Positions 11,786 to 30,760 of a stretch of 64,000 nt of DNA are shown one piece after another. The translations under genes and the position numbers were made by a program. The notes beneath the pieces are model-generated. The model was not told the origin of the DNA. It worked only from the letters and a program-made list of their open reading frames with translations, and did no database searches. The DNA comes from Trichosphaerium sp. ATCC 40318 (taxonomy: Eukaryota > Protista > Tubulinea). Each line of letters starts with the position of its first letter. The stretch's first letter is position 1. The stretch lies in contig JALMLS010000579.1 of the NCBI GenBank assembly GCA_038496445.1, forward strand, positions 186,001 to 250,000, in the 5' to 3' direction.

Positions 11786-13978
11786 TTACATGACTATCAA
11801 TGTTAATACTACAAAAAGAGTAAATGCCTAACCTACACAATATAAACCGAACAAATACATACCAGCAGAAACAAACAAGTATGTCACGTGTTGAAAACAA
11901 GCATTAGATGTAACTCCATCTTGAGTTGGAGAGATTGCCACAGCGGTGTTTAATGAAGCAGGAGGAAGTGCACTGGGCTCAGACTAAAGAAAGAAGAATA
12001 TCAGAAAACAGTGTTTAAGGCGGTAACGTACTATAACAGTTATGCCAGCATTTTGAACTTCTGTTGCTGTTGCGGCAAGTTTTTGCTCGTCATTCAAGTA
12101 AGAAGATACAATTTCAGCAACAGGTGTATTGTTATCAGAGGTATTGACAGTAACAATAACTTGAGTTTCAGATTGACGCTTTGACGAAACGGCAGGTTTT
12201 TGAGAGATTGTTCCATCTTCTTGGTTAAGACCCATACCGTTTAGCATTGCCTTACCAACGTCATCTACAACTTTTTGGGGAGCTGGATACGTTTGTGAGA
12301 TTGTAAGACCAACTTCAATGCCTAAAGAGGAACTGGAGTTAGAAACTATTGCCGGAGTTTGCTAAGAACAAAAAACAAACAAACTAGTCATACCTTCTTG
12401 TGGGCAGGTTGTTGCACTGTCACCGCCAACGAAAGTTACAATACCACCCTAAAATAAAGTAAGTACACACGTACTTATCACATGAAAGAACGTACACCGA
12501 GAGTCCAAGTTGTTGAAGATCCATCGAACACAAAAGCAAAGTTAATATTTGGATAATAAGTTGAAGTTCCGTTGAACGTAGTTGGTTGTTCTGGTGTTCC
12601 AGAAGGCGAAATATCGTTATCTTGACCGACAGGTACTGTAATAGAGCTTTCCTATAGAAACTATGTGTAAGCGAAGGTAGCCACATTACGTTAAGAAAAA
12701 AACTGTACTGGTGTAGTCCAACCAAGATATGCAGTATAGGTACCATCTCCATTGTCAGCAACACAGTCACTTCGGGGCATAATCTAAGAGAAAGTTAAAA
12801 TATGGAATTAGTAAGAATTGAAAACGTACATTAGGTAGAATTCTTGCTGTAGGAGCAACTGTTGGGGACAATGTTGTTGGTACATCGGCTACTGTAGGTT
12901 CTGTGGTGAGCGTTTGCGTAGGTACATTTGCTGGGGCTATTGTTGTAGGAGTAGCTGTTGGCGGAGCTGTCGTTGGAGGTGAGGTTGGAGCAGCAGTTGG
13001 AGGCTGTGTTGTTGGAGGAACTGTAGGCACTTGTGTTGTTGGCGGATTTGTTGGCGGAGCTGTCGTAGGTGGAGCTGTAGGCGCTTGTGTTGTTGGTGGA
13101 TCGGTTGTTGGAGGAGTAGTTGTTGGAGGCAGTGTTGTTGGAGGAGGCAAGACTTCTCTTTGGAAGGTGTAGCCTCGAGAAGTACCTTGTATTGTATTGC
13201 ACGGTTCTGTGAAGAACATATTGCATATTGTAGCTCCGTAGGTCGTATAGAACTTGCAACGTGGGTCTGCAAGGCAAGTAGCCCGACAATGGGTATTTGA
13301 AACGCCTTGCGCAGGAAATGTACAGCCACTAGGTTCGTTGTTACAGTTTAGAGTAGCTCCAGGCTTTAGTCCCCCCTGACCACCACAGCCAATGTATCTA
13401 CCCCCAAACCAGTCTCTATAACATCCAGAGCATGTGCTCTTTGAGTCTGAATACAGTGGTGTGAATGTTTCGAAAACTGGGGCTCTGGTTGGTGTTACTG
13501 TTGTAGGAGAAGCTGTTGTTGGAGGTCTTGTTGGAGCTTGTGTTGTTGGAGGAGGAGGAATAGTTCTTTTGTATGTGTTACCATCTATGTCACCTTTGAA
13601 AGGGGTACATACTGTCATGTAGAATAGATTACAAATTTGGCTTCCGTACGTTGTGTAGAACTTGCAACGCGAGTCAGCAAGGCAAGTAGCTTCACAATGG
13701 CTATTTGAAACACCTTGTGAAGGAAAACTACATCCGCTAGGTTCGTTGTTACAATTTAGAGTAGCATTAGGGTGTAGTCCTCCCTGACCGCCACAACCAA
13801 AGTAAGCACCAGCGCTCCAGTCTCGTCGACAACCAGTTGCGCATGTAAACCTTGAGTTTTGGAATAGCGGCAAAAATATTTCGACAAAAGGGGCTTGTGT
13901 TGTTTGAGCAGTCGATTCTATGATCAATATAGATACGACCAACAGTACAGATACTCCGATGAGTTTGTTCAGAAGCAT
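11786..13978 (-). CDS. Cell-surface mucin-like protein with two Cys-rich PAN/apple-like repeats
   Basis: Signal peptide MLLNKLIGVSVLLVVSILIIESTA; two ~100-aa repeats containing CxxxCLADxRCKFYTTYGxxICNxF; long PPTT stalks; hydrophobic C-terminus (GPI-like). Confidence 0.8.
12850..13150 (-). repeat. Pro/Thr-rich coding low-complexity repeat (PPTT units)
   Basis: Repeated GTTGTTGGAGG-type units on the plus strand. These explain the shadow V/G-rich and Q-rich ORFs. Confidence 0.9.
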
Positions 13979-14489
13979 GTTGTATGTTAATTGTTCGGAT
14001 ATTTGTTGGTTTGTTTTTAGGCTATTTTGAGAAAACTCACTTATTTTCCGTTTCAAAAAAAACTCTAAAGACATCCACTATGCTCAATGATTAGATTGAT
14101 ATTAATAGAGACGTTTGTAATTATGCATTAGAGCAAAGTAATGGAGTTTTCAAACTTTCGAATTTGGGTGTAAAAGTCGATAAATGCGTTCACTGAAAAT
14201 GGCAACAAGTTATGCTTTGTGTTGCCAATAAATAACTTCGGTGAAGGGCAATTGTGTTATGTTATTTATTGAAGAAAACAAGACATTCAACAGTCTGATT
14301 CTACTTTTCTTTTTGTTTTGTCCCAACTCGCAAATGAAGCCTACAATCGCTAACAATAGTGAAAGCATCTGACAGTTGTTAAGAAAAGAAGGAGGGATGT
14401 GGATTCGGAGATACGTGAGAAAAAGAGTGTTCCAGCACGGAGTTACTTACAATAGTTGTAAACTTGTCCTATGTTCATAAAAAGAATGC

Positions 14490-15192
14490 TCACGTTTTTT
14501 CCATCTGTGGCGGATAATGTATCACGAAGTTTTTGTGGAAGGTATTGTTATGTAGGCGTACGTTTGGAAGATAATGGGAATGTTGCTTAGCCTACAAGAA
14601 CTAAACAGAGGTCGTACAATATTTTTCTTTGTTGCAATAGTGGGAAAGAAACGATCCTAATTCCGTTTTGTTAGCCAAGTCGTACTTTATACCAATAATC
14701 CGTCATACTACATACGACATTTCCGACCTAAAGAGTACCAGAATTCTGATTGTACGTATGATATTGCTTTGAAGCGAGAGCCACAAAGGTAATGATTGAC
14801 GAAATCTTGGTACATGTTTTTTTTGTAAATGAAAAAGTTCAACATACCTTTCAAATCACCGCAATACTTGATACAAAAAGTAGTTAATCTCAGTCTACTC
14901 TCTTCTATCAACTAACGAAGGGAACTCAACTTTAGACGATGTCGGAGGAAGGCAAATGTCTTGTGGCTCTAGTGCAGCGCCAAGCATTTGTTATCTATTA
15001 TACAAGAAAACATATGGAAAATAAAAGCAAGAGCTTTTTAACACAAATTGAAAAGGAAATTGTTGGGTGAGATGGGTGATTTCTGCTCGCCATGTTCTGT
15101 ATAAGCGTGGTAGGCTGTTTGTAGTTGATTTATGTGCGCCTTAATATGTCTTACCCAAACGTCTGTAACGGATAAACACGTGTTACAGCCAT
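14490..15192 (-). CDS. Putative small multi-exon orphan gene
   Basis: A chain of short exons with GTAAG/GTACG donors can be read in frame (MAVTRVYPLQTFGLPRLYRTW...DFVNHYLCGSRFK...DRFFPTIATKKNI). No domain recognised; boundaries uncertain. Confidence 0.35.
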
Positions 15193-15216
15193 GAAACTAA
15201 GCAACAGTCGTTGGCG

Positions 15217-15364
15217 AAACTTTTTAAGTATTTTTCGGTACAATTAGTTCCTCCGACGCTTCAGTTTCACGAGAAACCATAACTTTAAAAATAACATCTG
15301 AGTGATACAACATATCACGGACGTAAAATAAGTTACAGAACGTGTTCTTGGAGAAGTAACAGGT
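15217..15364 (+). repeat. Inverted degenerate copy of the promoter and first codons of the methyltransferase gene (33750-33900)
   Basis: AATTAGTTCCTCCGACGCT..GAAACCATAACT.TAAAAATAACATCTGAGT..GAACGTGTTCTTGGAGAAGTAACAGGT matches the reverse complement of 33750-33890. Confidence 0.85.
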
Positions 15365-15423
15365 CCATGTAACTGTAATTTTGAAATCAGAAATACATAT
15401 TAATAGTTTGACTTGATTGTTTA

Positions 15424-16552
15424 TTATTGTGAGGCTAGGTTGTTGTTACATATGTTTGACTCTTTTAGCCCATGTTCAGAACATAGCAATTTCAAATGCT
15501 CTGAATGATTATACGAGTAGTTTCCTATCAAAGTATTAATAAAATTTGAAGAGATAAATCTGTCTTTGTTCACATACCTCCAAGCCATGTTGGGATATTG
15601 CTTATCGGAATATGCTTTGAAAGAGAACTGCTAGTTAATACTGATACTCTATCCGAGTTCATAATGAACCATCTTCCGATATTCCACAGAAAACGAATAA
15701 TCCACCTCGGGTTTATGATCAAAACCTTAAATCTTGAAATCGGTAGCGCTTCCTAAATGTGTACAGGTTAGTACAATAATCGTTTTCATAAAAATACCAT
15801 TATCGTAGCAACAACGGATTCGTCTCCCTCCTTTGATTCGGCAGCTTGCTTAAAACGACGCTCGTTAGTAATACCCGTGAAGTCTATAGCGAACATGAGT
15901 CCGTTTTCGATAGTTGCTTTGCTACAAGAGTAAACAAAATGACGGGTTGAAGAATAGTACCTCCTAAACGCTTCTAAACAAGTATACACATAGTGTCTAA
16001 CCATCATGTTCTGTCTTTCCACTACAATTTTGCTACACCAAACTTTAGCTGACTATATGGGAAAGGCTCTACCTTGGGGTTATGCTTATGATTTGTCTTC
16101 CTTCGTTATCACGTGCTCCAGGAAGGATTACCTATTATGACGTTAAAACAATGCTGTTTTGTTGATACTTACAAATGCACCAGTCTCGTAATATGACATA
16201 GTAGATTCAAGAGCAAATGGTCCTTCTTTCTCATCTAGCTTCTAAAGCAAAAAAATAAGCATTCTGAAGAAATATTCAAGCATTTCAAACCTGGAACTTT
16301 TTTAACGTTTCAAGGGCTTTCTCTACATCCCATTTTCTTCCAATGAGAAAAGCAAGAATGAGATCTGGTTGCTTCGTGAAGTATTTGCTATTTTCGAGAT
16401 CATCAACTTTTCTATTAAGCTCCAAAAGAAGCTTTTAAAATAGATTAGTTTTCTTCATTTAAAACGACTTTCTTGTGTACTTTCTGCTGTGATATCGATA
16501 TTTTAGTTTCTTCTGCTTCAGGCAGAAAAGTGAAATGAGTAGATGATGCCAT
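15424..16552 (-). CDS. CRAL-TRIO/Sec14-like lipid-binding protein
   Basis: DLILAFLIGRKWDVEKALETL (CRAL-TRIO N), ILPGARDNEGRQII, GLMFAIDFTG, ALPISRFKVLIINPRWIIRFLWNIGRWF. Confidence 0.8.
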
Positions 16553-16938
16553 TAGTGGAATATTTAGGTTGTTATGATTACGTTTTGTTTTAAAAGTCAA
16601 ACTGTTTCAAATAATTCGTAAAAGTTTGGGTAGATAAACATGTTTTTGTAAACGCTGCATTACTAAATTAATATTGGCGGAACGTAAGCTTGCTAAGTGT
16701 TCCTAGACTTCGCTTTCCTAAAAACTGCTGAGACAGTTTTCAACTAAGCAGTAGATTTCCATAAGGTTTTGGGAATATTATGGTCACATGTTTTAACTGA
16801 ATTTAGTCGCTATTTTGAGAAAAGTGTCCTCAACTGATTACGAAAGATGTAGCTTTACAATTTCGTTAGTTAATACTAACAGACCTGATGGGAAAAACAG
16901 AATTATTTGTCAACAGTGGAGAACGACAACGAGGAAGT

Positions 16939-19358
16939 TTATTGTTTAGGTAACAAATATTTGGCAGCCATTGGAACAAGAGGAGAACCAGTACATTTAC
17001 CTGTGAAAAAAAGCCATAAGTACTATCACAATTGTTGTTTCAAAGACAAAAAAGGCGAGTAGCTGCTTCCGTACCAAACTTGTATTCTGCACCTTCAACT
17101 GCGCTAGCAGCAACGTCCAAGTGTGAGTATCTCAATGGTTTATCAGAATCTACGCAAGAAATCAGCGAAGAGATAAAAAGTAAGAATGAACGAAAACAAA
17201 CTGTACGCATAGTTTTGATACTAACAGACCAAACTAAACGCAAAAGACAACTCTACAAAAAACGGAAAAAAAAACCTTGACCAAACGACTTTTTCGAGCG
17301 TAATTCTTGATCTAACACATACCTCTACCGTGCTTTACTAGACCTGATGCTATTATCATAAAAGCAGCAGGGAAGTGATGACCTCTTGGGGTATTTGAAG
17401 AACCTATTGTGTTGCACTGCAAAACATCAAAATCGGCATTCCTTGGTCGCACAAAGTCGTAATCGTTTACGCGAAGAACAGAAACTAGCAAATGGTAAAT
17501 TAAACGCCTTGTGCAACATGTGAGTAATAATACCTTCAACTGGATCTCCCCAAACATCACCTGCCTCTTGCAAGGTTCTAGAGGCAGAAATCTTCTTTGC
17601 AGGACCATTATCAAGGGAAATAGAATAAAATCCAACAGCACGAACAGCATGACCTGTAAGTGTACCACAAGTAAACAAATGAGGGTTTTTCTCCTTCAAA
17701 GCTACTTCTCTCTATTTTTTTAAACCGTTAGTAAAAGCGATCAATGCAAGCACTCTATGAAGTGAACATTACCATGTGAGAAAGGCAATCAGCCATAACC
17801 TAAGGTAAACAATCAACAAAAAAGAAGGAAAAAACGCGAAATAGCTTTGAGGTGCTTCGTTCGTACCATACGTCCTTCAGCATCAGTATGACCAACCTTG
17901 ACACGTGCACCACCGTGGCTCATGATTACTTCGTCAGCGACATAAGCCTAGAAGCAAGAAATTAGAAAAGAGTTGTCTCGAAAAAAAACTTTTAAAACGT
18001 ACATCAGCTCCAGCAGAGTTACGTACAACACCAAGCTCAGCAATGAGCTTAATGTTTGGTGTACCCAAAATTGCAGCAGTTAAAACAAGACCAGCAACAT
18101 TAGCAGCACCACATTTATCACGAGACATGCCTGTCATGTGTCTAGAACGAAAAAAAATAAGCCGATAAAAAAAGGATACGTCGACAAAACCAAAAGTAAC
18201 AAGTACCCTCCAGCTTTGATATCAGCACCACCAGTATCATAAGTGACACCTTTACCAGCGAATAGGAGAGTTTCTTCAACTTCACCTTCACCAGTGTAGA
18301 TAACTCTAACGACTCTAGGGTTATGGCGCTCTACTGGAATAGAGCAACGAGCAACAGCGCTGAGGAGTGGGTAATCCTTTACTAGCATCTTCACATCGTC
18401 TTTAATACTCACAGTAACGTTTTTAACGCCTTCAAAAGCTTGCTTGACGTAGTCAGCAAATCTACAAAAAAGATTAAATAAAAGGATCAAAGAATAGCTG
18501 AAGACATACTTTGGTGGTGCCATACGCTCAGGATCAGGACCTCCTAGATCACGACCAAGGCATCTACCAGCTTCAACAGCACTTAATGAAGAGGTTAGAG
18601 AACTAGGGACATAAAATGAAGGTTGCTAAAACGTACCTAACGTATTTTGCTATTTTATCGCCGTCCTTTAAATCAAATCCTGTGTTAAAGCCTATCTTTA
18701 CAATTGGGCATTTAACACCATGCTCTCTTCCCTGTAACGGCTAGAGAAAGCTTCAGAAAAAAGTATCCGTAGGTCTGTGGCTTACAACGTAGAGACGTTG
18801 GAATACAGCAAGGAGTGCAACTGACACGAACTCTTTGTACTCAGGGTACTTGTTAAAGTCTGGAGCTGACGGAAAATGAACAAGTGGTGTGGTAGCGCCT
18901 GCTTTCATTACTCTAGATGATGTTAAAAAACAGTTTTTTACTTTTGTGCCCACGTCACAGAAAAGTTTTTCTTTTTCTTGTCAAAACACGAACCTCTCAA
19001 CACCATTAGCAGCGGCGTCTCCGAATCGCCTGACGTCGTCATAGTCTCTAGCAATACTTCCAGTTGGAGAAACACACAATCTACTGCCAGGGGCTTTTGC
19101 GCATTGTAAAAAGCTACAGTAGTGAGTTTAAAGAGTAAATCAGTATTTTCAGTACGTTACACTTGAACATGCTTGTTTGTCTACCTGGTAGGCGTGTCAG
19201 TACAACTCACTTTACAATAACTAAGTGGAAAATACCTTCAATGCTTCTCTGTAGAGCTCATGATTATCAAAAGTGTCAGTAGTTGGTTGATACGTTACAA
19301 CTACCAAGGCGTCGTAGCCCTCGCTCGATTTTGCGTGCTCAAGCTTTGGCACGTACAT
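16939..19358 (-). CDS. M17 family leucyl aminopeptidase
   Basis: GKGVTYDTGGADIK, MSRDKCGAA, HTDAEGR, TLTGH and HLDVA motifs. An alternative in-frame start lies at 19385. Confidence 0.9.
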
Positions 19359-19487
19359 GATAACAAGAACTAGCAAACTTATCATCGTACGCGTTGACTT
19401 AATTACAGAACCAGAAAATCAAAAAATATTCAAAAACAGACAAAAAATACAAAGTTAGAATCTTTGACTAGTTTACAAATAATCAGC

Positions 19488-21068
19488 CTAGTGTCGTCGC
19501 TGACTGTGATTTCCACCATTTTCGGTTATATCAGCTGCAGTAACTTCTTTAGTTGGTTTCCCTGCCTTTTGTTCTTTCAACAACTCACGCATTGCAATAG
19601 GGTCAGGACATTCGCCATAAAGCTACAATAAATATAAGACTTTTTAGAATTTTTGTTAGATTCACTAAACCTCAGCTGTAGCTGTCAGAATGTTTGGCCA
19701 ACCAACTTCTACCATTGATCTTTGTCCAATACGAAACTCCCATATAGGTCTGCCATTATCAGTACGAGGTGTTTTAACTCGAGATAAATACCTGCACTTG
19801 ACGTTAGATTAAATTAAAAAGCTTTTATTTTGAAAAAAACTAATTTGGGACTTTCGGCTTTTACACATACCCTTTTCGGACCAAGTCCGTTTGGATCTTT
19901 TTTTCCCACTCCCCAAAAACAGGATGCGAGCCAGCCCGAAATCCAAGTGGCTTTAAGTGTTGATAAAGAAGCTCTTGATAAAATAAATCAGAAAAAAAAT
20001 ATGGTCAGGTTCAAACAGGCTACATACCTTGCGTAATTGATCTATTATTTGCTAATATAATACACAATATAATCATAGTTAACCCCATATCCTAAAACAC
20101 AATAATGAGTCCGACATAATCGAGCTTATGCAACAACAAAAAAAAAGGAAAAAAATTGCAACGCAAATTGATACCTGCTTGTGACCCAACTCGTGGTCCA
20201 AAGTTTGAACTGATACTGCCTTTATCTCCTTTCTTTTATCTCTATCCCCGGTATGTACACAGTTTTTTAGGATATAAATACCCGTAGACGGAACAACAAC
20301 CTTTTTAGTAGTTGCTCTCTTTTTTGTTGCTTTTGCAATATTATCTTGTTTTTTCTTTTTTTTCAAACCATCCTTTGCTGGTAGCTCAACAAAATCAAAC
20401 CCCATTATTGTACGAAACCTCTTCTTTGCTTCATCTATTATTGTATTTGCTATACCACGAACTTTTTTATAATCTTGTATCACGTGTTGAGAAATATCAC
20501 TTCTTCTTATAGGTTTCTTGTTTATATCATAAAACAGCACCATACGCATTAATTTTGTAATAAGTTTCTCCAGCTCCTAAACAAAGTTATTTAGTTAGTT
20601 GCTGTAGTCATTTTTGCTAGATTTCACATAATTTTTTTGAACATTACTTTTGTTCGTTGCTCACCTCATCTGAAATGCCGCCTTGAGTCACATAGTCTTC
20701 TTCTTCGTCGACACTGGATTTTCCTCGTCTTCTCTTGCGTTGTGAATCTCTGCCATTTGATTGAGAGGAGCGTTGGCTTGATATGTTGGAACGCTGGCTC
20801 ATTCGTTGACTCCCTTGACTAGAAAGTTGGCTACTCATTCTACGTCCTAAACGGACGTGTTAATGATGCCACGGTGCATTTTTCTTGCGTACGTTGGCTT
20901 GGAGGCTCCTCTTCGTCATCACTGTCAATTAGCTAGTAAAAAGCTTAGATCATTGAATTGTTTACTTAATGTACCTGACGACGCCGTTTACGTCCACCAA
21001 ACCGAGCATGCCGTTGCTAAATAATTAAATAATTATGATCAAAATAGCATTATTCTTACCTGAGACAT
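19488..21068 (-). CDS. NSE3: MAGE-domain protein, SMC5/6 subunit Nse3-like
   Basis: SQ-rich N-terminus, then LMRMVLFYDINKKPIRRSDISQHV..EAKKRFRTIMGFDFVEL, YLSRVK..YMEFRIGQRSMVEVG (MAGE winged helices). Confidence 0.8.
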
Positions 21069-21470
21069 ATGTGGGAGCGTAGAGTGTATTTATAACAAAA
21101 TAATACGACAAACTGGAGAACAGACAAATTTACCGCCAATTTTAAGTCAACATTTTTTCGACGCGGAAGAAATACAACATTCAAGAAGTGAAATTTCTGC
21201 TATACAGCACTCTGCAAACCGCTACGCCTCTCCGGTGGAGTACTATAAAGTACGTGACACTCCTGTAATCGTTTGTAGCAGCTTATCGGGCACAGCGCAG
21301 TTGTTTCGTTGCCTAAAGGGATCAGAAGGCAAAGGTACGCGTATACAATTCAAACAAAGCTTATATAACCGCCAAACACCTTAGATTGTTCCTTCCACAC
21401 CGAAAAGCTGGAAAGTGCTGATGCAAGCAGATCAAACGTGGATTACACCAAACCGCGCTCGCTTGTTTAA

Positions 21471-27710
<6,240 letters not shown>

Positions 27711-27753
27711 GATGTATATACATAGTTCAACATAACACCCTTGTAACAATACA

Positions 27754-30700
27754 TTATTTCTGTGGATGAAATGACCAGTTTATTTCTGAACAACAAACTA
27801 CTCTATCATATTTTGTAATATTGCACGCGAGAAACAGCTTTGATGGCAACACAATAGCGATGCCTGGTTTCATAGATTGGTCATCAAAGACTATGAACCT
27901 TTTGTTTCATAGTTTTTTTAATTTTGACAACGCATAACAAAGGCAGGTTTGGGTTATTTAATTGTTGATTTTATTTACAATTCTGGTGGTAGTATCTCAA
28001 AGAATCTATCAATTATCTCTCCTTTTTCGTACTGTAAACCACAATTATTTGCCAATGAAAGGAGGGACCTACAAAAAAACACCCAACATTAACAACGTGG
28101 TTTTGTTTGACAGAAAAGAAAATTATTGCAAAAGAAGGAAAAAAAAAGAAAAAAAAGGCTTCTAGCTAGTTACTGGGTTGGTTTGTATAAAATACGTACT
28201 TCAAATAAGGTTTGCTCATTTCATTGTATTCTTTAAATAAGTACGAGAACATCTACATTAAAAATAAGCAATGAAAAAGAGAGTGAAACAGGGGAAGATA
28301 GAGAAAGCATATGATGAACAATTGTTTACATTTTTTTTTTGTTGAATGGTGCATACCTGAGTAAAAAAATCACCTTTCCTCATATATATCGCTATCTGGC
28401 ATAAATCAAAAAGCATGCACATTGCTATTGGTCCAAAACTCTTCATATATTCATTATCTTTCATAGCCTTAAAGCATTCCTGTGCAACCTATGTAACAAA
28501 GAGTTAAAAAAAAAAAGAGCCAAAAAGATGATATCACTTCTCAGTGTACCATGAAAGAATCGTCATATAGTCCTCCAGCATAATACACAAGCGACTTTAC
28601 AAGCATGACAGTAGTTCCCCATGTTTTGTAAAGTGAGAAATGTTCACCACTAAGTCTATGATTGATAAAAGTTTCTGCTCTATACAACGCATATTCGTAA
28701 TGTACAAAGTCCTGTTGGCTCTTTTAAAAAAAAAATAAAGTTAGCAATCATCAATGACAACTAAAATACAAAAACAAAAGAGTAAATCTATACATGGCTG
28801 GTATTGCGTCACTCCTTTAAAAATCCATCAAGAAAAAAAAAAGGAAAATAAAAAGAAGCGCATTTCCAGTCGAAAGACATATCAGGAAAAGAAGCTTGGT
28901 GACAAGACTAAAAAGAAAATACGGCGTACTATAGCTTGAATAGTATAAGAAGGTAGTATTGTATACTGAAAAAAGAGTTGAGGTGATACTGTTGATATTG
29001 AAAGCCACATCTAATCACAACATCAACAAGAGAAAAAAAACCCAACATTACCTTGACAAGAACACACCATAACGCTATCAAAGAAAAATGAAGAGGCATT
29101 GGTGTATTTTGTGGTTGTAGAATATAAGGATCAGTTTCAGCACCTACATTCCGTATCACTACAAGTTGTGCCTGCCTAAACAAGAATTAAAAATAAGTTG
29201 CGCTGTGCAGCCAAAAAAAAACCAATTTTTACTTCTGAAGGGTTGACGGTTGACGGTTTCACGTGCCTATCCAAGAAGAAATTCGCTGAGAATAGTTCTA
29301 TTCTTCTTGTCATACTTGTGATATATCCATGTTTAGATAATGATTGGCAAGTGTTAAAGTACGGGTCTCGTTTGAGTTTTCCAACCATACCTGGTTTGTA
29401 ATAAAAAATTAGTTCTCCTACAGCAAGAACTCAAGTTGACCCGGAATATAAAAAAAAGAAGATTTTAACATTTTATCACTACTCATCCTAAACCCTCCTT
29501 TTCATGGGCGTTATTCGAACGGTTACTAGCATAAATGACTATTTATTGCTTGCTAAAAAAATAATGCATGGCATGCAGTGAAATAAACAAAACGAGCAAA
29601 AAGTCGTTAATATTTTTTAATTGATAGTCCGGGTCAACTCCCCACCACAACAACGTACCTAAACCTAAGCTATATTTATGCTTGAATGCTTCTAAATCTC
29701 CTATCAGAGCATCATAATCCCCAATCAATATCAATCCAGCTAACCGAGCAACAAAAGTAAACAAAAAAAAAACGAACAAAAAAAAAGAAAAAAAAAGAAA
29801 AAGACTTCGTTATTGTACAGGCTGTCGCTGGATGATAACGGCTGTCTTCACACATTCTAACCGCGGCTGTATGTAAACATCGAGCTTGTTTTTCATAACC
29901 GCTCATTAGCGCGCCAAGGGCTAAGATACCAAGTAGCTCAAGAGAGCATGGTTGTGAAGCCCACGCTGCAGGCAGAAAGGTAAGGGAATTGGGTACAAAA
30001 ATAGACTTTTTTGGTTAAATACAGTACCAGTGTAGTCGGAGAAGGATTCTACAACGGTAGTACCATTCCAGTGCCTTAATGGTACGAGCTCGTAGAAAAT
30101 TAGTTACGACCAAGAATGGGCTTTTTTGCTGCTCTAAGAATGCTTCTAATTCACCGTACATAGTTTTGGTACAGTGTACTGCCATACGTTTGTAACCATC
30201 TCGAAACATCTGAAACATTTGCAAGCTGTGCTGATAATGACCACGCTGTAATCTTTGTAGACGTTAGCGTAAAAAGGGAACAAAAATAGGCTCTCTACAA
30301 TATTTTTTTTCAGCGAGTAGCCAGAAAAAATGTAAAAAAAACCCGTTACTGTATCTTGTTGAGAATGAACGTACCTCCAGTTTTTCGGCGTCGTACACTT
30401 CACCTGCCTCTTCTTCTTTGCTGTTAGCTTGTTGTTGTTCTTGTTCTTTTTGTTTAGTTTGAAAGAATTTCTCTCGCCAATACTCTGCTTCTAGTTCCTT
30501 TTCCGCCAAAGCTGCTTTAAGCGCTTTGTCTGTGAGCTTCGCTACATTTTTTCTCGTCAAAAAAGTATCAAACGATACCGAAGCGACGTACAAGTAGTTT
30601 CAGTTGAATTTATACTTGAATAGGTGCAAACTAGTCCTTTAGAAATACATGTTTCGCATTGAGGTCCGCCAGTGCATCGTACGTGTTTCTTACGGCAGTA

Positions 30701-30760
30701 ATTACACGCCACCTTTGCTATTTTGCGGGTTTTTTTTTTGACGCCATCGTTGGTATACAT
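27754..30760 (-). CDS. Zn(II)2Cys6 binuclear-cluster transcription factor
   Basis: ACNYCRKKHVRCTGGPQCETCISKGLVCTY, then a coiled coil and a long multi-exon helical C-terminal region. Confidence 0.8.

Noticed and set aside
12831-13622. Overlapping V/G-, Q/L-, S/N- and C/W/R-rich ORFs
   Set aside because: Shadow frames of the PPTT mucin repeat.
19490-19519. ATG at 19519 as start of the aminopeptidase (gene overlap)
   Set aside because: It lies out of frame within the last NSE3 exon; a better start exists at 19358 or 19385.
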